Source: Harriotta raleighana (taxonomy: Eukaryota). Taken from it: 64,000 nucleotides of DNA. The DNA lies in NCBI GenBank assembly GCA_050575255.1, contig JBNZDD010013376.1:127318-191317 (forward strand), read 5' to 3'. Position 1 is the stretch's first letter. Every line of letters starts with the position of its first letter. The notes under the pieces were generated by a model. The model worked only from the letters and a program-made list of their open reading frames with translations. It ran no database searches and had not been told where the DNA came from. Positions 51,511-64,000 of the stretch are shown piece by piece. The translations under genes were made by a program, and so were the position numbers.

Positions 51511-53739
51511 TATCTACCTGAGGCCACCATCTAGAGAAAGTAATAGTCCCGTGCCCAAGCATAGATACTACTTGGAAAAATGTGCATGAGAGACAAATGG
51601 AAGGTTTGAGCCAATTAATGAATGTGGCCTTTACCGAATTCTCCTCCAATTGTCCCAATGGAGGTGAAAATATGTCGAGGCTATCTATCAGCAGCTAATG
51701 TTTCCACAGCAGCTTCTGGCTGTGAAATTGTGGTACTGACGTGCAAATTCCACCTCCGTTCCCTCCAGAAATATCGCTACATAGAGAAAAGCAAACAAAA
51801 TAAAAGATGGAATTATTAACACATTAATTCACTCGATCAGAAATCTGACATATCCGGTCCCTCACAGCACTCTCAAAGAAGATGCGTATTTGACGGCCCA
51901 GAATCACAAAGTCCTCTTTTTTCCTCTCCTTTCTCCCTGTCCATTCCCTTGTCTCTTTTCCACTTTTCGATTAGGCACCCCCTCTCTTTCCCTCTTCCCA
52001 TATCACCTCCCTCTCTCCTCGTGCTTCGGTCTCTGTTATCTCCTACCTGCTTTGTCCTTTGCTATCTATTCGCCCCCTCTCTTCTTTCTCCTGTCTCCTC
52101 ATTGTTATCTGTACTCCTCTCTCCTCTGTCTCCCTCTTTGATCTCTTCGCCTCAGTTTCCCTATTCTTCCTGTCCGGAAAGGAAAACCAAATTACACTTG
52201 CTGCCTTTTCCCAGCAGCACAATATCCAATATGGACAGGATGAGATTTTCACCTGAACTGGCGGTCGAGATCAGGATGGGTGGAGCAAGGATGGTAGTGC
52301 TAATCAGGTGACAGAAGGAATTGTCAAACAAGAGAGTCTTGAGATGAACCTTGAAGGAGCGAGAGGGCGAAGCGGAGTGACTGGGATGGAAATGCAAAGG
52401 GTGGGAGGAAAGAGGATCAAGACCAGTCCACCAATGGTGTGGTGGGGAAACATGGAGTTGGAGAAAGCACATCGTATCATGGTGAAAATGTGAGGGATGA
52501 ATGATAGTTGAGAGTCAAACGCGTTGCTAAGGTACGTTACAGCGACTGGGTAGAGATAATACTCACAGATTAGAAGAAACATCTTGAGGATGAGAAGGAA
52601 CTGCTGAGGGGCAGAAACTGGAGGCTTGTGTCTCGATTGGAGTGGGGGGTCTTGGTGTTGGGGGTTGCTCCCTTGGAGATGAACCACACAGAGCAGATCT
52701 CAGCAGCAGCTTTTGTTGTGATCGTTGAGCTCTGTAATTCCCAAACACCAACGTCTCTCTAACACTCATTGAGACTCACTCCTTGACCACAGGAAACCAC
52801 CAAATCCCATGATGTGTTTTAGTGGAAGAACAACACCTCCGCTAACTGTGATTCTGCAAAGTTGTTAACCCCGTGAGCTCTATGTCTGGCGACAAGATGT
52901 GAGATTTCAGGGCATTAGGTACCAGCAGTGACCGCCAAATGTAAGCAATATATCAAGGCATTGGGGAGGATGCAGCGGAGATTTATAAGTATGATACCAA
53001 GGTTCAGGGTCTGCCAATCCCTTGCCTCGTTTGGCTTCATATGTTTTATGACTGTCGCAGTTTAATATCATTGGTGTCTAATGTCACAAGTTAGAATGAC
53101 AATATATTGAATGCAGAAGGCGCATATATACATGTGTTCTCCTGGATACAAAACAAAAAAGCAAGTTGCAATTTGAATGTACCACAACCCCCGTTCGTGA
53201 CAACGCTCCCCCCCACCCTACCCGCCCAACCCCTTCCACACTCTCTGCAGAGACCAGCCTGTCCCTCTCTCTTTAAATTTTTCTCTCCCTCCCTCTCGCC
53301 ACAGACCAGAATCTGTGAAAGGCAAGGAAAGGTTTTCTTGGAGCAATGTGTGTCACATGTAAGAAAGTACAGCTGGAGAAACGACAGATAGCTAAAAGCT
53401 TTCAGTTTATACTTTGGGTCTGATCTGTTCCTTCCCCTGTTAGTAGCTCAAACATTCTTTTCTGAATTACTTCCTTTTTCACTTCACCAGGATCATCCAG
53501 GGAAATTCTGGTGACAGCACAGTATGACTGACCCGCAAGACTTCCTGTTAACCCAGCAGCTAAATCCTAATGGAGAGGGTGATACCAGATGGATGAGCGG
53601 CAGAAAAGCTTCACAGCGAGTGAGGGGCTGGGGGTGGCAGGCTGAGGTGAGGGGCTGGGGGAGGGCAGGCTGAGGTGATGGGCTGGGGATGGGGGGCAGG
53701 TTGAGGGCAGGGGCTGGGGGTCCTGCCCAGTCCTGTTCC

Positions 53740-54490
53740 CCTACCTCCTTCCGCATTGGCCTCCAAAATGTCCACTCCCTCTGCAACAAGACCTTGGCCA
53801 TCAACGATCTCATCCTCGATGTTAGCCCCCTAGATCTGTGTCTGTGCCATCGTGGCCCTCAGTGAAACCTGGATCACCTCAGGGGACACTTTCCCCCTCA
53901 TGGAAGCCACACAGTCTGGCTACACCTCCCAATACATCCCTCGCCCCAACTACCATGGAGGTGGCGTAGCCCTCATCTCTAAGGCGCAGCTTGCTCTATT
54001 CCTCCTGCTCCTCTGGTTGCTTCCCCTACTCTGAACATCTCGCCCTCTCCCACTCCTCCCATCTCTCCCTCAAAATCCGCCTGGTTTACTGTCCCCGAAA
54101 CCTTCCCCAATCTTCATCTCTGACATTTCCACTCTCCTTCCCTCCCTCTGCACTACCTCTGATAACCTCATCATCTTGGGCGACTTCAACCACCTCTTGG
54201 TCCATTTCCTGAAAATTCTGCTCACTCCTCTGTACTCTCAATCTCTCCCTCCACATGCACTCAGCCATCCACTCGATCTAGTGATCACCATGGGCCTCAG
54301 TGTCTCGGATGTCAACATCTCCGACAAGGCCATCGCCGACCACCACTTCATTTCTTTCAACTCCTCTAACCCTTTGCCCTCCACTCCCAAACCTACCACC
54401 ATCTTCTACCGCCCATGCAAGAAGATCCCCCTATAAACTCTCTTTGCTGCCTTGGAGTCTTCTGAACTCCTCTCCCTCTGGCCCACCTGC
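53740..54490 (+). mobile_element. L2 LINE endonuclease (ORF2 N-terminus) fragment
   Basis: 'QNVHSLCNK', 'ALSETWI...GGGVALISK', 'LGDFN' and 'LDLVIT...ADHHFI' are APE motifs. Confidence 0.85.
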
Positions 54491-54749
54491 AGCACTATTC
54501 CAAAAAGAAACACCAACATCACAAAGCATTCGGTCCGTCAGTGCAGATTTCACCCAGAAATAAACTGTCAAACATGTATATCAGAAACTTACAAATGTCT
54601 TCATGTCGTCTCGATGATGTGATAGCAATTCATGTGTCACGTAAGGAATCAAATCAAATCGAGGGACAAGTATAATTAGGGAAATCTCTACAAAGGAATT
54701 AGGGGAGACAAGTTCCATGGTGGATCATCAGTTCCATGGTGGTTTGTCG

Positions 54750-54832
54750 GTAGTCATGGCCGAGTGGTTAAGTCGATGGATTTGAAATCCATTGGGAAAC
54801 TTCCCATGCAGGTTTGAATCCTGCCGACTACG
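54750..54832 (+). pseudogene. tRNA-Ser(TGA)-derived, probably non-functional
   Basis: GTAGTCATGGCCGAGTGGTTAAGTCGATGGATTTGAAATCCATTGGG...GCAGGTTTGAATCCTGCCGACTACG. Substitutions in the acceptor stem, D-stem and T-loop (TTTGA instead of TTCGA). Confidence 0.85.
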
Positions 54833-55414
54833 AATATTGCTGACTAATAATAATTGTGGCACTGTAATTCGGAATCTTTGCAGATTAATAAGAATGATGC
54901 ATTGTGGAAACCATTCGTAAATACAAAGAGATGAGGCATTCCTCTTTGTGAATGGTACTTGACTGAAAGATTGCCTGATAATATTGTCATTAATAGTAAC
55001 ATGGGGAACTGTCTTTCACCTGCGCTCTCTCATGTCATCTCTACCTTTCTCTTCCACCACTGTCTCTCCCCCCGGTCAGGTTGATGGTAAACCTTTTCCT
55101 CAAATTTCTTGCAATATCTCTCCTGAGCCATTTTAAAATTTATTTCTCATATGAGTAAACACCATCTCCAAATTTTACACAAAAGATACCATTTTTGAAA
55201 GTAAGTGGAAACAGTGATTGGAGGGGAGCTTGCTTTTCTGTTTCAAGCAAGCCAGAAATATACAAATTTTTCTCTTTTAAAAATAATTTCATACAGTTTC
55301 TATTAAAAATGATAAACACAGCTTTGGTATGAAGTTGCTCTTTGATGTGAAAACCTTGAAATAAATGGATAAGTTTGGACATGAAAGCTTTTGTGTGACT
55401 GTGTTTGACAACGT

Positions 55415-55486
55415 TGACTTCAACGTGATTTGAACACGCAGTCTTCTGATCTGGAGTCAGACGTGTTACCGTTGCGCCATGTGATC
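55415..55486 (-). pseudogene. tRNA-Trp(CCA)-derived, probably non-functional
   Basis: Minus strand GATCACATGGCGCAACGGTAACACGTCTGACTCCAGATCAGAAGACTGCGTGTTCAAATCACGTTGAAGTCA (72 nt). Acceptor and D stems are disrupted. A smaller relic of the anticodon arm is at ~56823-56843. Confidence 0.85.
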
Positions 55487-58064
55487 AATAGCTTATTTTA
55501 CATAACGAGATCAATTGTAAAGCAAAATCAAAGAATGAGATCGGTTTAAAACATAATTTATGGAGGAATCTTCCCATTAGAATGAAATGTTTAGATTGGA
55601 GATGCACTCATTTATCCCTGGTCTTATCCATTCTGGTTACAATAAGTAGTATGTACATAGTGCTCATCACATTAGCTGTTTACTGTGAAGCATAATAACA
55701 ATAATTATTCTTGCAATTGATACAGTGACTTGTGACATCGTCGAGACGTCTGAATGTGCTTGACAGAACATACTGTAATGTGATGTTCCTGTATACTTTG
55801 TGGATGAAACGCAGCAGTAAATTACCCACAACAGTGGCCTGCAGATTGATCTGGACTGATCATCACACTGGAGGCAAACAATTTCTTAAATTCTCCCATT
55901 CTGCTACTGACAATAATAATTTGTTTACTCAATCCACAACTGGATGTGGAAAACTGCTGTGAGCGTTTCTGTCGCATTTCCTTCATGCAATATACAGCTG
56001 ACTCGCTTCACAATATATTCTAGAAAACACTTTGAGAAGTTCCGAAGATGTGATAAGATGTTATATCAAATAAAATGAGTACTGCAAAGATTGTACTACA
56101 ATATATTTGTGCACACAGTGACTGTTTTACAGATATATGATGTGGTTGTTATGTTTACTTAAAAAAATTCATCGGTCTTTATATTCACAACGTTTGCTGG
56201 GACCACTGATGTGACCAGTTGACTGTCGGTTTTTACCCAGATTAACTTCACAGTATAATCTGTTAAACGCTTTTTGGCTGATATTAAAAACCATCAAAAG
56301 AAACCCATGTTGAAGCAGCTGTTTCTCAGTAAATTATGTTTCCGTTATTAGGCACGGAACTAGTGAACATTAAATTGTCAGCAGATCAGAACATACCTGT
56401 CAGATCACGCTGGTGAGTGGTGTCCATCGGAGGCTGATGAAGGGACCCTGTGCATTGGTATGGTCCCAGTTAGTAACAAACTTTAAAATGTGCACAGATT
56501 CCATTATCATATTCAGTATATTGATATGGTCTGTGTGCAGATAAATATTACTGGGAGTCTTTATCATCTTAAAATAAAAGAAGGGGATGAATATAAAATG
56601 TAAATAGGAGGGACTATTGATGAGTTATCTTCACAGTTGATAACAAGAAAGCAATACGAAAAGGTGTTTGTTTTCAAAATAATTTAACCATTTTGCTTTA
56701 AAACTGACACAACACAGCTGTGGTGTGACAGTTTGGTAAAATTTTACATGAACAGATATAATTGTCCACTCCATTGTTTGTCAAGTGATTACTAATCAAG
56801 AACATGAAATCAACTAGATCATCAGCCTCTGATCTGGAGTCAGTCACACGAATGTTTGAACAGGAAGTTTTCAGCTTTTCTCAAACAACAGGCCGGTTTT
56901 AGTGCAGGAAAGGGGGTAGCAACAACATAAACAGCTGACAATGCCCTCCTCACAGCCTCGTGTCTCAGAGCACTGAACAGTGGCTGAGTCTGATTCTGTG
57001 CCGGGGGAAGGGGGTTAACCACGGTCCAATGGCAACCTTTTAAGTTAAAAGAGGCTGAGGAATTGAGAGCGAGTGTTCCAGAGTTTGGCATCATTCACAG
57101 CATGACCTGTGATGGTGGGTCGATAGCTGCGCGGTATGAGCAGGAGGCCGACCTGAGACTAGCAGAGTCGCTCAGAGGTGGATTAGTGAGCGAAGAGTAT
57201 GGAAGTTTGATCATGCTGATAGTCAACGTTCCCTGGCTTGGGATCAGACAGCACCAATGCGAAGAGCTCAGGATGTCGCAGCGTGTGAAGGGCAAATGCA
57301 TCAATTGATAAATAAATGCAAGATTTTGCTCATGAATAATATTTATTATTTGGGTAAAAATAAAGAACAATTATCGGTACAGATCAGGTATTAACAGATC
57401 AGATATCATCAGATATACCAAACAAATTCTGCGTTGATTGATGTTGTTGTGGTATCTCGAGTATCTACAATGTGAAAAGTAAAGAGCTAAGCAAAAGAGG
57501 TTATTGGCAAAAATAATATCACAAAGCATCTTAAATAACCTTGTAATTGTGGCCCAATCTGGGGGCCTCATCCAGTTACCAACTGTATTTAAATGTCTTT
57601 GGTGAAAGAACAGAGAGTTTTATATCCAAACGGTCTGGATGGCGCAAAATTTGGAGGCACCGTGTATTGTGTCGATGGGAGCAAAAAGAATGATCCAGAC
57701 GTAGATAGATGAAGTGACGGAAGGAAACCGTAATGGCTGAAATTCAATGCGTAAAGTCATCCACTATAGTACTGGCAATAGAAGAATAAAATACTTTCTG
57801 AACGTGGAGAAAATAAGTGTGATAGAGGCAAAAAAAACGATGTAGTTGCTCACGCAAACTAATCAATGAAGTCAGATAACAGCAAACTGTTATCAAAAAA
57901 CTCAATTAGATTTTAACCTTTGTGGGAAATAAATGAGAGAAAATTGACCTTCGACTAAGGAACGCGTTTATCAGACCATCTGGATTATTGTGCTCAGTTT
58001 TGGGTACTGCTGGACTAAGGAGGGTTAATCAAGTAAGTGATTCCTGGAAGACCTTGATTTTTTT

Positions 58065-60684
58065 TCACCGAACTAATTTAACCATTTTAAGAAATAAGTA
58101 TTTTACCGTATTCTTCAACTGTTCTCCAAATTTAGATTGTGTCAAAATGTAAATACACGGGTTTGTGGAATAATTGTATGGTCGAAATATATCTCCCACT
58201 GGTAAAATTACAGCATCTCTATGGATATATTGCTAAAGAAATTCATTCACGTGTTTAATATTAGTCACCACAGACATCACCCACAATAGTACAAAACTCC
58301 CAGATACAACAAAGAGTAAAACCATGGATTTTCTCCAATTTTCCATCTGTGGATCAATGTGATTCTCCCCAGAGTTGTCAGCTCGGAGACTTCTATGGGC
58401 TTTACTGCTCACCAAAATATTTCTGACCGTCAGAGCATTGAGCAGCAAAACGATGGCAAAAGGCACACATGGGGTGAATACATATTGAAATATCTGGAAT
58501 GCTGTCCATATTGGAGAATAATAATAACTCGGTTTAATGACGCAGAACCACGGTTTGTTGTTGATGACAAAGAGTGGCTCAAATGGAAGGCGTACTGGTA
58601 AGCTTACCGCAGAGCTCAACCCACAGATGAGTCCCAGAACCACAGGCACCGTTCTCTGGGTGCATTGTGTTGTTTTCAGTTTCTGATGACAAATAGCAGC
58701 TTATTGGTCAAATGTGAAAGCTACTGTGAACCAGACAGACCAGGCTGTGGTCATAGACAGCAGCAACTCGTGGACAATGCAGATATCGGGGTGAGAAGCA
58801 TTAAGCATTGGGAGATATTGATCACCTGTGCGGTTCATATCACATCAAAGATAACTATCATCTTATCTGCCCCTACCATGGCCACCAGGCAGCGAGTGAT
58901 GTACATGGAGAGACCGCACTGTTCTCACCAGAGGATCACAATCGTCAGCAGATTAACTAAAAACAAAACACAAGAAATATTCAAGTAACTGACAGTAAAG
59001 GAATCAAGGACAACCAGAAGTTTAACAGTCTTCTTCTCGCAGTGTAAAGTCTGAATTATTTGATAGTGGCAGTATATGACAATCTCCTCAGCTCAGCAGT
59101 TAGAGCCCTAGCCTTAGAACTGAGTCCTATATTTTGAATCCAGGCAGATCCGGGTGAAACCTTGGGCAAGTTTCCTTATTCCACTTTTCCAATTGATCTG
59201 CCTAATAATGATCGCTCAAAAAGAATCCACAACAACAAAATTAGTCATGTAAATCCACGACTGCCTTGTGGGGACTCTGCTGAGCGCAATTGGCTGACGC
59301 ATTTGTCGCGCATATATACAGTATTTTCTGTGAAGCGCTTTGAGGCATCGATAAAATGTGAAAAGCGCCACATCACATGCAAGGATTATTATTATTAAAC
59401 AGCCAATGTATGCAGGGATTTGAGATTGTTTCTGAGCATTTGGAAACCAAACCATTTGGCAATATGAGCCGGTAGAGCTTAGTTCGAACTGCTGTGGACA
59501 AATGAATCTGTAACCATCTTAAGCAGTTTAATTAAAAAACAAATCATCTATATATTTTCTTTTAAAATACGCACGTTAGTTTCACCATAAGTTTCAACAA
59601 TTTCCTTCCCAGATTAATTAATTACGCATTAAATGAATGGTGATTTGGGGGGCTAGGTTTATCCTAAAGTAACATTTTTAGCGCATCCATGACCCTGGAA
59701 ACTATTCAATTCCGTCATAATTTTGATGTTGGATTAGTGATTTATCAAACAAAGGCTTAAAAAATTAGGATAAATGTGTCAAAAGGTTCACAATTTATTG
59801 AGTTTCAAAGAATAAATCCCAATAAATTAAAACAAAAATACTTTGGCCACTCAATCCACGTGTGTTTTGGGGACACTGTTATCAACAACAAATATATAGC
59901 CAACTCCATTTTCAAAATATTCTGTGAAATACTTTGAGTCGGCTAGAATACCATTAATGTGCTATATCATACCTTATAATGGTTGTTATTATTATATCTC
60001 TGTGAAATATCTATTGAAAATATTGCTGTTAACCATCAATACATTTAATTGATTATTTTACGCGAATCACTTTGAAGGAGACGATATTGTATGAGTATTT
60101 ACGGTAAGTAAGAAATTCTAGCATTGACACACATATAAAGCTCGGTGGTGATAACGCATCATTGTTCATTATCAGAAATTCATTCCATATTTACATATCA
60201 CAAGACTATTTTGTATAACCCTCTGAAATGTTATCAAAACACATTGAAACTGGTGCATCTGAAGTGCTCAGGAATTCTCTGCGGAAGGTAGACTGTATAA
60301 CTGCAAGCTGCTGTTGCTGCATAAACTCATTAAATGCACCTATATGATCTAATGCTGGCTTTCTCATGATATTGAGAAATATATTAATTGACAATTTGTA
60401 ACTTTTTGGTTGTTTGGCATATCACGTAATATTCTGTTTCCATTAAACGAATTCTGTTGCTTGTAGCCATCTATGAGATTTCCTATATAACTAATATACG
60501 CAAAGCAAGATGGCATAAAAAACATGAGATGAGTGGAAACATAAAATGCGTATCAAAATCAAACCTGCATTGAAGCATTGACTTACGTAAACTAGCAGAC
60601 TATGAGGATTTACCAAGATAACTACAAAGTTGGATTGTATATTGGTTCTATCTGATTCAATATTTTAATCAAAGCGAACAACAT
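58065..60684 (-). pseudogene. GPR139-like class A GPCR pseudogene (exon 1 ~60614-60684, exon 2 58065-58956)
   Basis: Exon 2 after the AG acceptor reads NLLTIVILW*EQCGLSMYITRCLVAM..., SVWFTVAFTFDQ*AAICHQKLKT, TPCVPFAIVLLLNALTVRNIL, DPQMENWRKSMVLLF and TNPCIYILTQSKF, with in-frame stops and frameshifts. Exon 1 reads MLFALIKILNQIEPIYNPTL*, with a TATA at ~60736-60743. Confidence 0.85.
59080..59398 (+). mobile_element. tRNA/L2 SINE in GPCR pseudogene intron
   Basis: Same family motifs (aaaccttgggcaagtttcctt, gtgaagcgctttga, tgcaaggattattatt). Confidence 0.75.
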
Positions 60685-61724
60685 TTATTTGTGCTGATCA
60701 CACTCACTGTGTTTTCACCTGTGACAATGGAACCCTTTTTATAGTAGCTATAAAATCAGCAGCTGGTGGGATCATTGATACTAGTTACACTGATTTTAAC
60801 AAATAAATTAAGAATGTTTCCTGGGAATACGATAATGGTTCATAAGTGATGGTAATAATCAAACAGAAGCTGAGAGATCCACAGCAAATTTGACTGTGAA
60901 ACAGCTTCTCAATTGGCTTCTTCTCCCATTTCTAGAAGATTATTTTGCTAACATCCTTTGCTGATATAAAAAAAATGACAGATTATAATTAAAAAGATGA
61001 TAAGTTTGATCTCTACATGTGACTTATAAATATTGAACCCGAAAGGAAATTGATGATTGTGCATTGATCCAAATTCATGCTTAGAATTAGACATGAATAT
61101 ATATTATCTGTATATTAGTATATCATAATAATAATTCTTGTATTTGATATAGCGCTTTTCACATTGTATCAGTGTCTTAAAGCGTTTCACAGAATATATT
61201 GTTCTTTGATTTGACTGTATGTTTTTGAGCGAAAAGCAATATATTTTGACCTAGATTACAAAAGCAAATATTTGAACCTTAAGAAACTGTTGTCGTGGGT
61301 ACCATATTATTGATAGCCAGCAACTGGAGAATTATTGCAAACATGAATTAAACTGCAAATTAATAGAGTAGATAGAACTAACCTTTGTTGAAGGTGATTT
61401 CAGAGAATAAAACGTAGCAAACGAAAAATGTATCAGCCTTAAAAAGTGAAACACAAGAGGATTCAACTCTGTTCAGGCCTAAGCACTGAACGGATTTTTT
61501 TTAATTCTCAGGAGACAGGAGTTGTATCAGAAACGGGGGAAATTAAGGATTGCAGAAGATTGGACTTTTAGACTTGTTGATTTTGTACAAGATCATACGG
61601 AGGATTTCTCTGGATTACAGAGTACAATGTAAAACTTTGACAGCTTTTATAGACCAACTTCGAGATTGTGCTGAAATTCAGGTGGAATAAACATACATAT
61701 TTGAGTTTCTCATACTCTTCAACT

Positions 61725-62095
61725 CAATGCGTGAACTTGACTCTTCCTATCTCTCCGACCTACTGACTCAGTGCCAATCTGCCCAGACCCACCGTTCAGC
61801 AGACTGTGGTCTGCTCCCTGTCCCTGCCCAACTCGTCATATTATGCACTTTCAAATTCTCTGCCATCACAATTTGCAACTCCATCCTCAGTCCCTTCCCC
61901 TCGTTTCCTCGCATGCCTCCTTGAAGGCATTTCTCAAGACCATCCTTTTCGATTATGCTTTCTGTCTCCTTCCCAACTCTCTCCCTTCCCTTCACCTACT
62001 CCCACTCTCGAGTACTGACCACTGTCTGATCAGAGTCTTGGACGTCCTACCGGCATGAAAGGCGCTCTGTAAATGTAAATCTTTTGCTGTGGTTG
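61725..62095 (+). mobile_element. L2 LINE 3' fragment
   Basis: 'YLSDLLT...LKAFLKTILF' plus L2 tail. Confidence 0.7.
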
Positions 62096-62651
62096 ATGTG
62101 CAGTATTCTGCATTTATGAGTATTAAATGTAAATTACAAATTATAATTCCATGATCGCATGCTAGTTTTTCACAGTCTAGCCTCTCCTCATAACTAAGGC
62201 AATATTTCTTGAACCTGGTTTGCTTCTTTCCTGCCACATTCAAATATTTGCTAAGGTTGATTATCAGGTCTCTTTGTCACTGCACATTTTTAAAATTGTA
62301 AAATCCATCTCATATTGATGGATTGTGTCTCATCATTCATCCTTCCAAAATCCGTATTTCTGCACAATAAATTCAATATGCAATGCACGTATGCCCACAC
62401 CAGAAATATGCCAATGCTCTATTGCAGTCATGTGCAATCGTCCACATCGTATATGGTATTTCCTAGCTATGAATCATCTGAAATTTTGTAAATTTGCTGC
62501 CTGTATCCAAGTCTAGGCGATTGATAAAAATTAATAAAAGTACTGGTCATAATAGCTATCGCCAAAAACAGCGCTGCAGAATGCCCTTCAGTAGAAATAA
62601 TGAAGTTTCTGACCATAATCGTTGAATCCATTTTGAATAACAGGTTGGTGG

Positions 62652-63127
62652 TATGGAATTGTACTTTATGTTAAAAATAGTATTTCATTAGAATGTTTTT
62701 AGTGCTGCCTGTAACCGTAAAACAAGTTTATTGTGACTACCTGTTCGCTTTTCTCATGAAGCCGCCAATTTGTCTGGTACAAAACGAGAAAGTACGTCAT
62801 GGACGTTGGAATGTCTGAATGATTGGGAATTTATCTGACAGAACCAGTCAACGTCCTTGGACTGCCGGGTACTGTCTCAGAACTATTTTTGATTGTTTAT
62901 TGAGTGACTGTCTATCAAACATTGTTATGTCGAGAGGTAATCTGAGATCGATTCTGTATATTAACCCATGGGACCTCCCCATTGGTGGAGGTAGAGTACC
63001 GACTCTCTAGAGAGATGTACTTTCCCTCTCCTTGCTGCAAGTGTTTAACAAACTATATTTCTGTGCTAACTCTGTTTGCGAGTGTTTGTTTAATCCTAGC
63101 TATAGCGACTACATCCTAAATTCGACA
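62652..63127 (+). mobile_element. Solo LTR (476 bp) with 4-bp TSD GTGG
   Basis: Inverted homolog of 6941-7417; flanked by gtgg at 62648-62651 and 63128-63131; 5' TG mutated to TA. Confidence 0.85.
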
Positions 63128-63164
63128 GTGGCAGCGTCCTGGAGTGTTACACTTGTGATCCGCT

Positions 63165-64000
63165 GTACAGAAGGAGACAGACGGACAAACCCAGGAACTA
63201 TAGAACAGTTAACCTAACTTTATTGGTGAACCATTTAAAAACTATAATCTGGGTTAAATTATATTTTCGGATTAACATAGATTTCTTGAAGGAACCGCAA
63301 GTTTAACAAACAGGATGGAATTTTTTTTTGAAGTATCAGGGAGGGTGAATGAAGGTAGAGCGGTTGGTGTAATTAATTTGTATTTAGAAAAGATGTTTGA
63401 TAAAATGCCACACAAGAGACTTCAAAGCACATCAGAAACTCGACTACTGGAATAGTGCTATCATGGATACGGAATAAGATGTTAGACAGAACGCAAAGAC
63501 AGGCAGTGAAATTTTATTTTGCTGATTGGAGGAAAGTGTGCAATGGTGATCCCCAGTGATCTTTACTGGGATCATTGCTCTTATTGATCAATATAATTGA
63601 CTTGGAATTGAACACAGGGAGTGCAATGTCCAGGTTTGCTGAAGGTACAAAGCTAAAAAAAAGTAGCAAACAGTAAGGACTGTGGTGGCCGGAAGCGATA
63701 TGTTGAACAAAACTATTGCCACTGGTGAGTGGGTCGATATCTAAGGCATTGATTTGAAACAGTTGCTAAAGAAAAAAAAGAGAGAAAATTTATTTTTTCA
63801 TGTAGCGACTTGCAGTGATCTGGAATGCATTGCCTTCAAGTGTACTGGGAGCCGATTCGAAAACAACTACAAGAGACTAGTAGATAGTGATTTGCGAAGG
63901 ACAGGTTTCCAGCATTTTAGGGATGGAGCGGGGAGTGTGTGATTGATTTGAACAGAGCTTTTCAAAGAGCCTGCGTAAACACGATGGGCCGAATAGCCAA
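63165..64000 (+). mobile_element. Decayed CR1 LINE RT and 3' end
   Basis: Remnants of PGNYRPVSL, FDKVPH, GVPQGS and KFADDTK motifs; ends with CR1 3' 'gatgggccgaatagcc'. Confidence 0.7.

Overview
Repeat-rich vertebrate genomic DNA. The CR1/L2 LINEs, L2-tailed tRNA-SINEs, a ~58-bp shark-type satellite and a GPR139-like receptor relic point to a cartilaginous fish, possibly a chimaera; this is inference. Main content: (1) a spliced PRDM9-related gene on + (~15.9-27.1 kb). A short ATG exon, an SSXRD exon and a 9-finger C2H2 exon join in frame to give ~395 aa, with no visible KRAB or PR/SET exons. (2) A dispersed replication-dependent histone quintet H3(-), H1(-), H4(+), H2A(-), H2B(+) at 37.9-49.2 kb. 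It is bracketed by long inverted repeats; the H1 lacks its globular domain and the H2B has an N-terminal tail extended by heptapeptide repeats. (3) Degenerate tRNA-Ser(TGA) and tRNA-Trp(CCA) copies. (4) A GPR139-like GPCR pseudogene. (5) Two solo LTRs of one family with 4-bp TSDs, plus MITEs, SINEs and many LINE fragments. The 16.3-23.9 kb region contains duplicated and jumbled contigs (assembly artefacts), and there are several N gaps.
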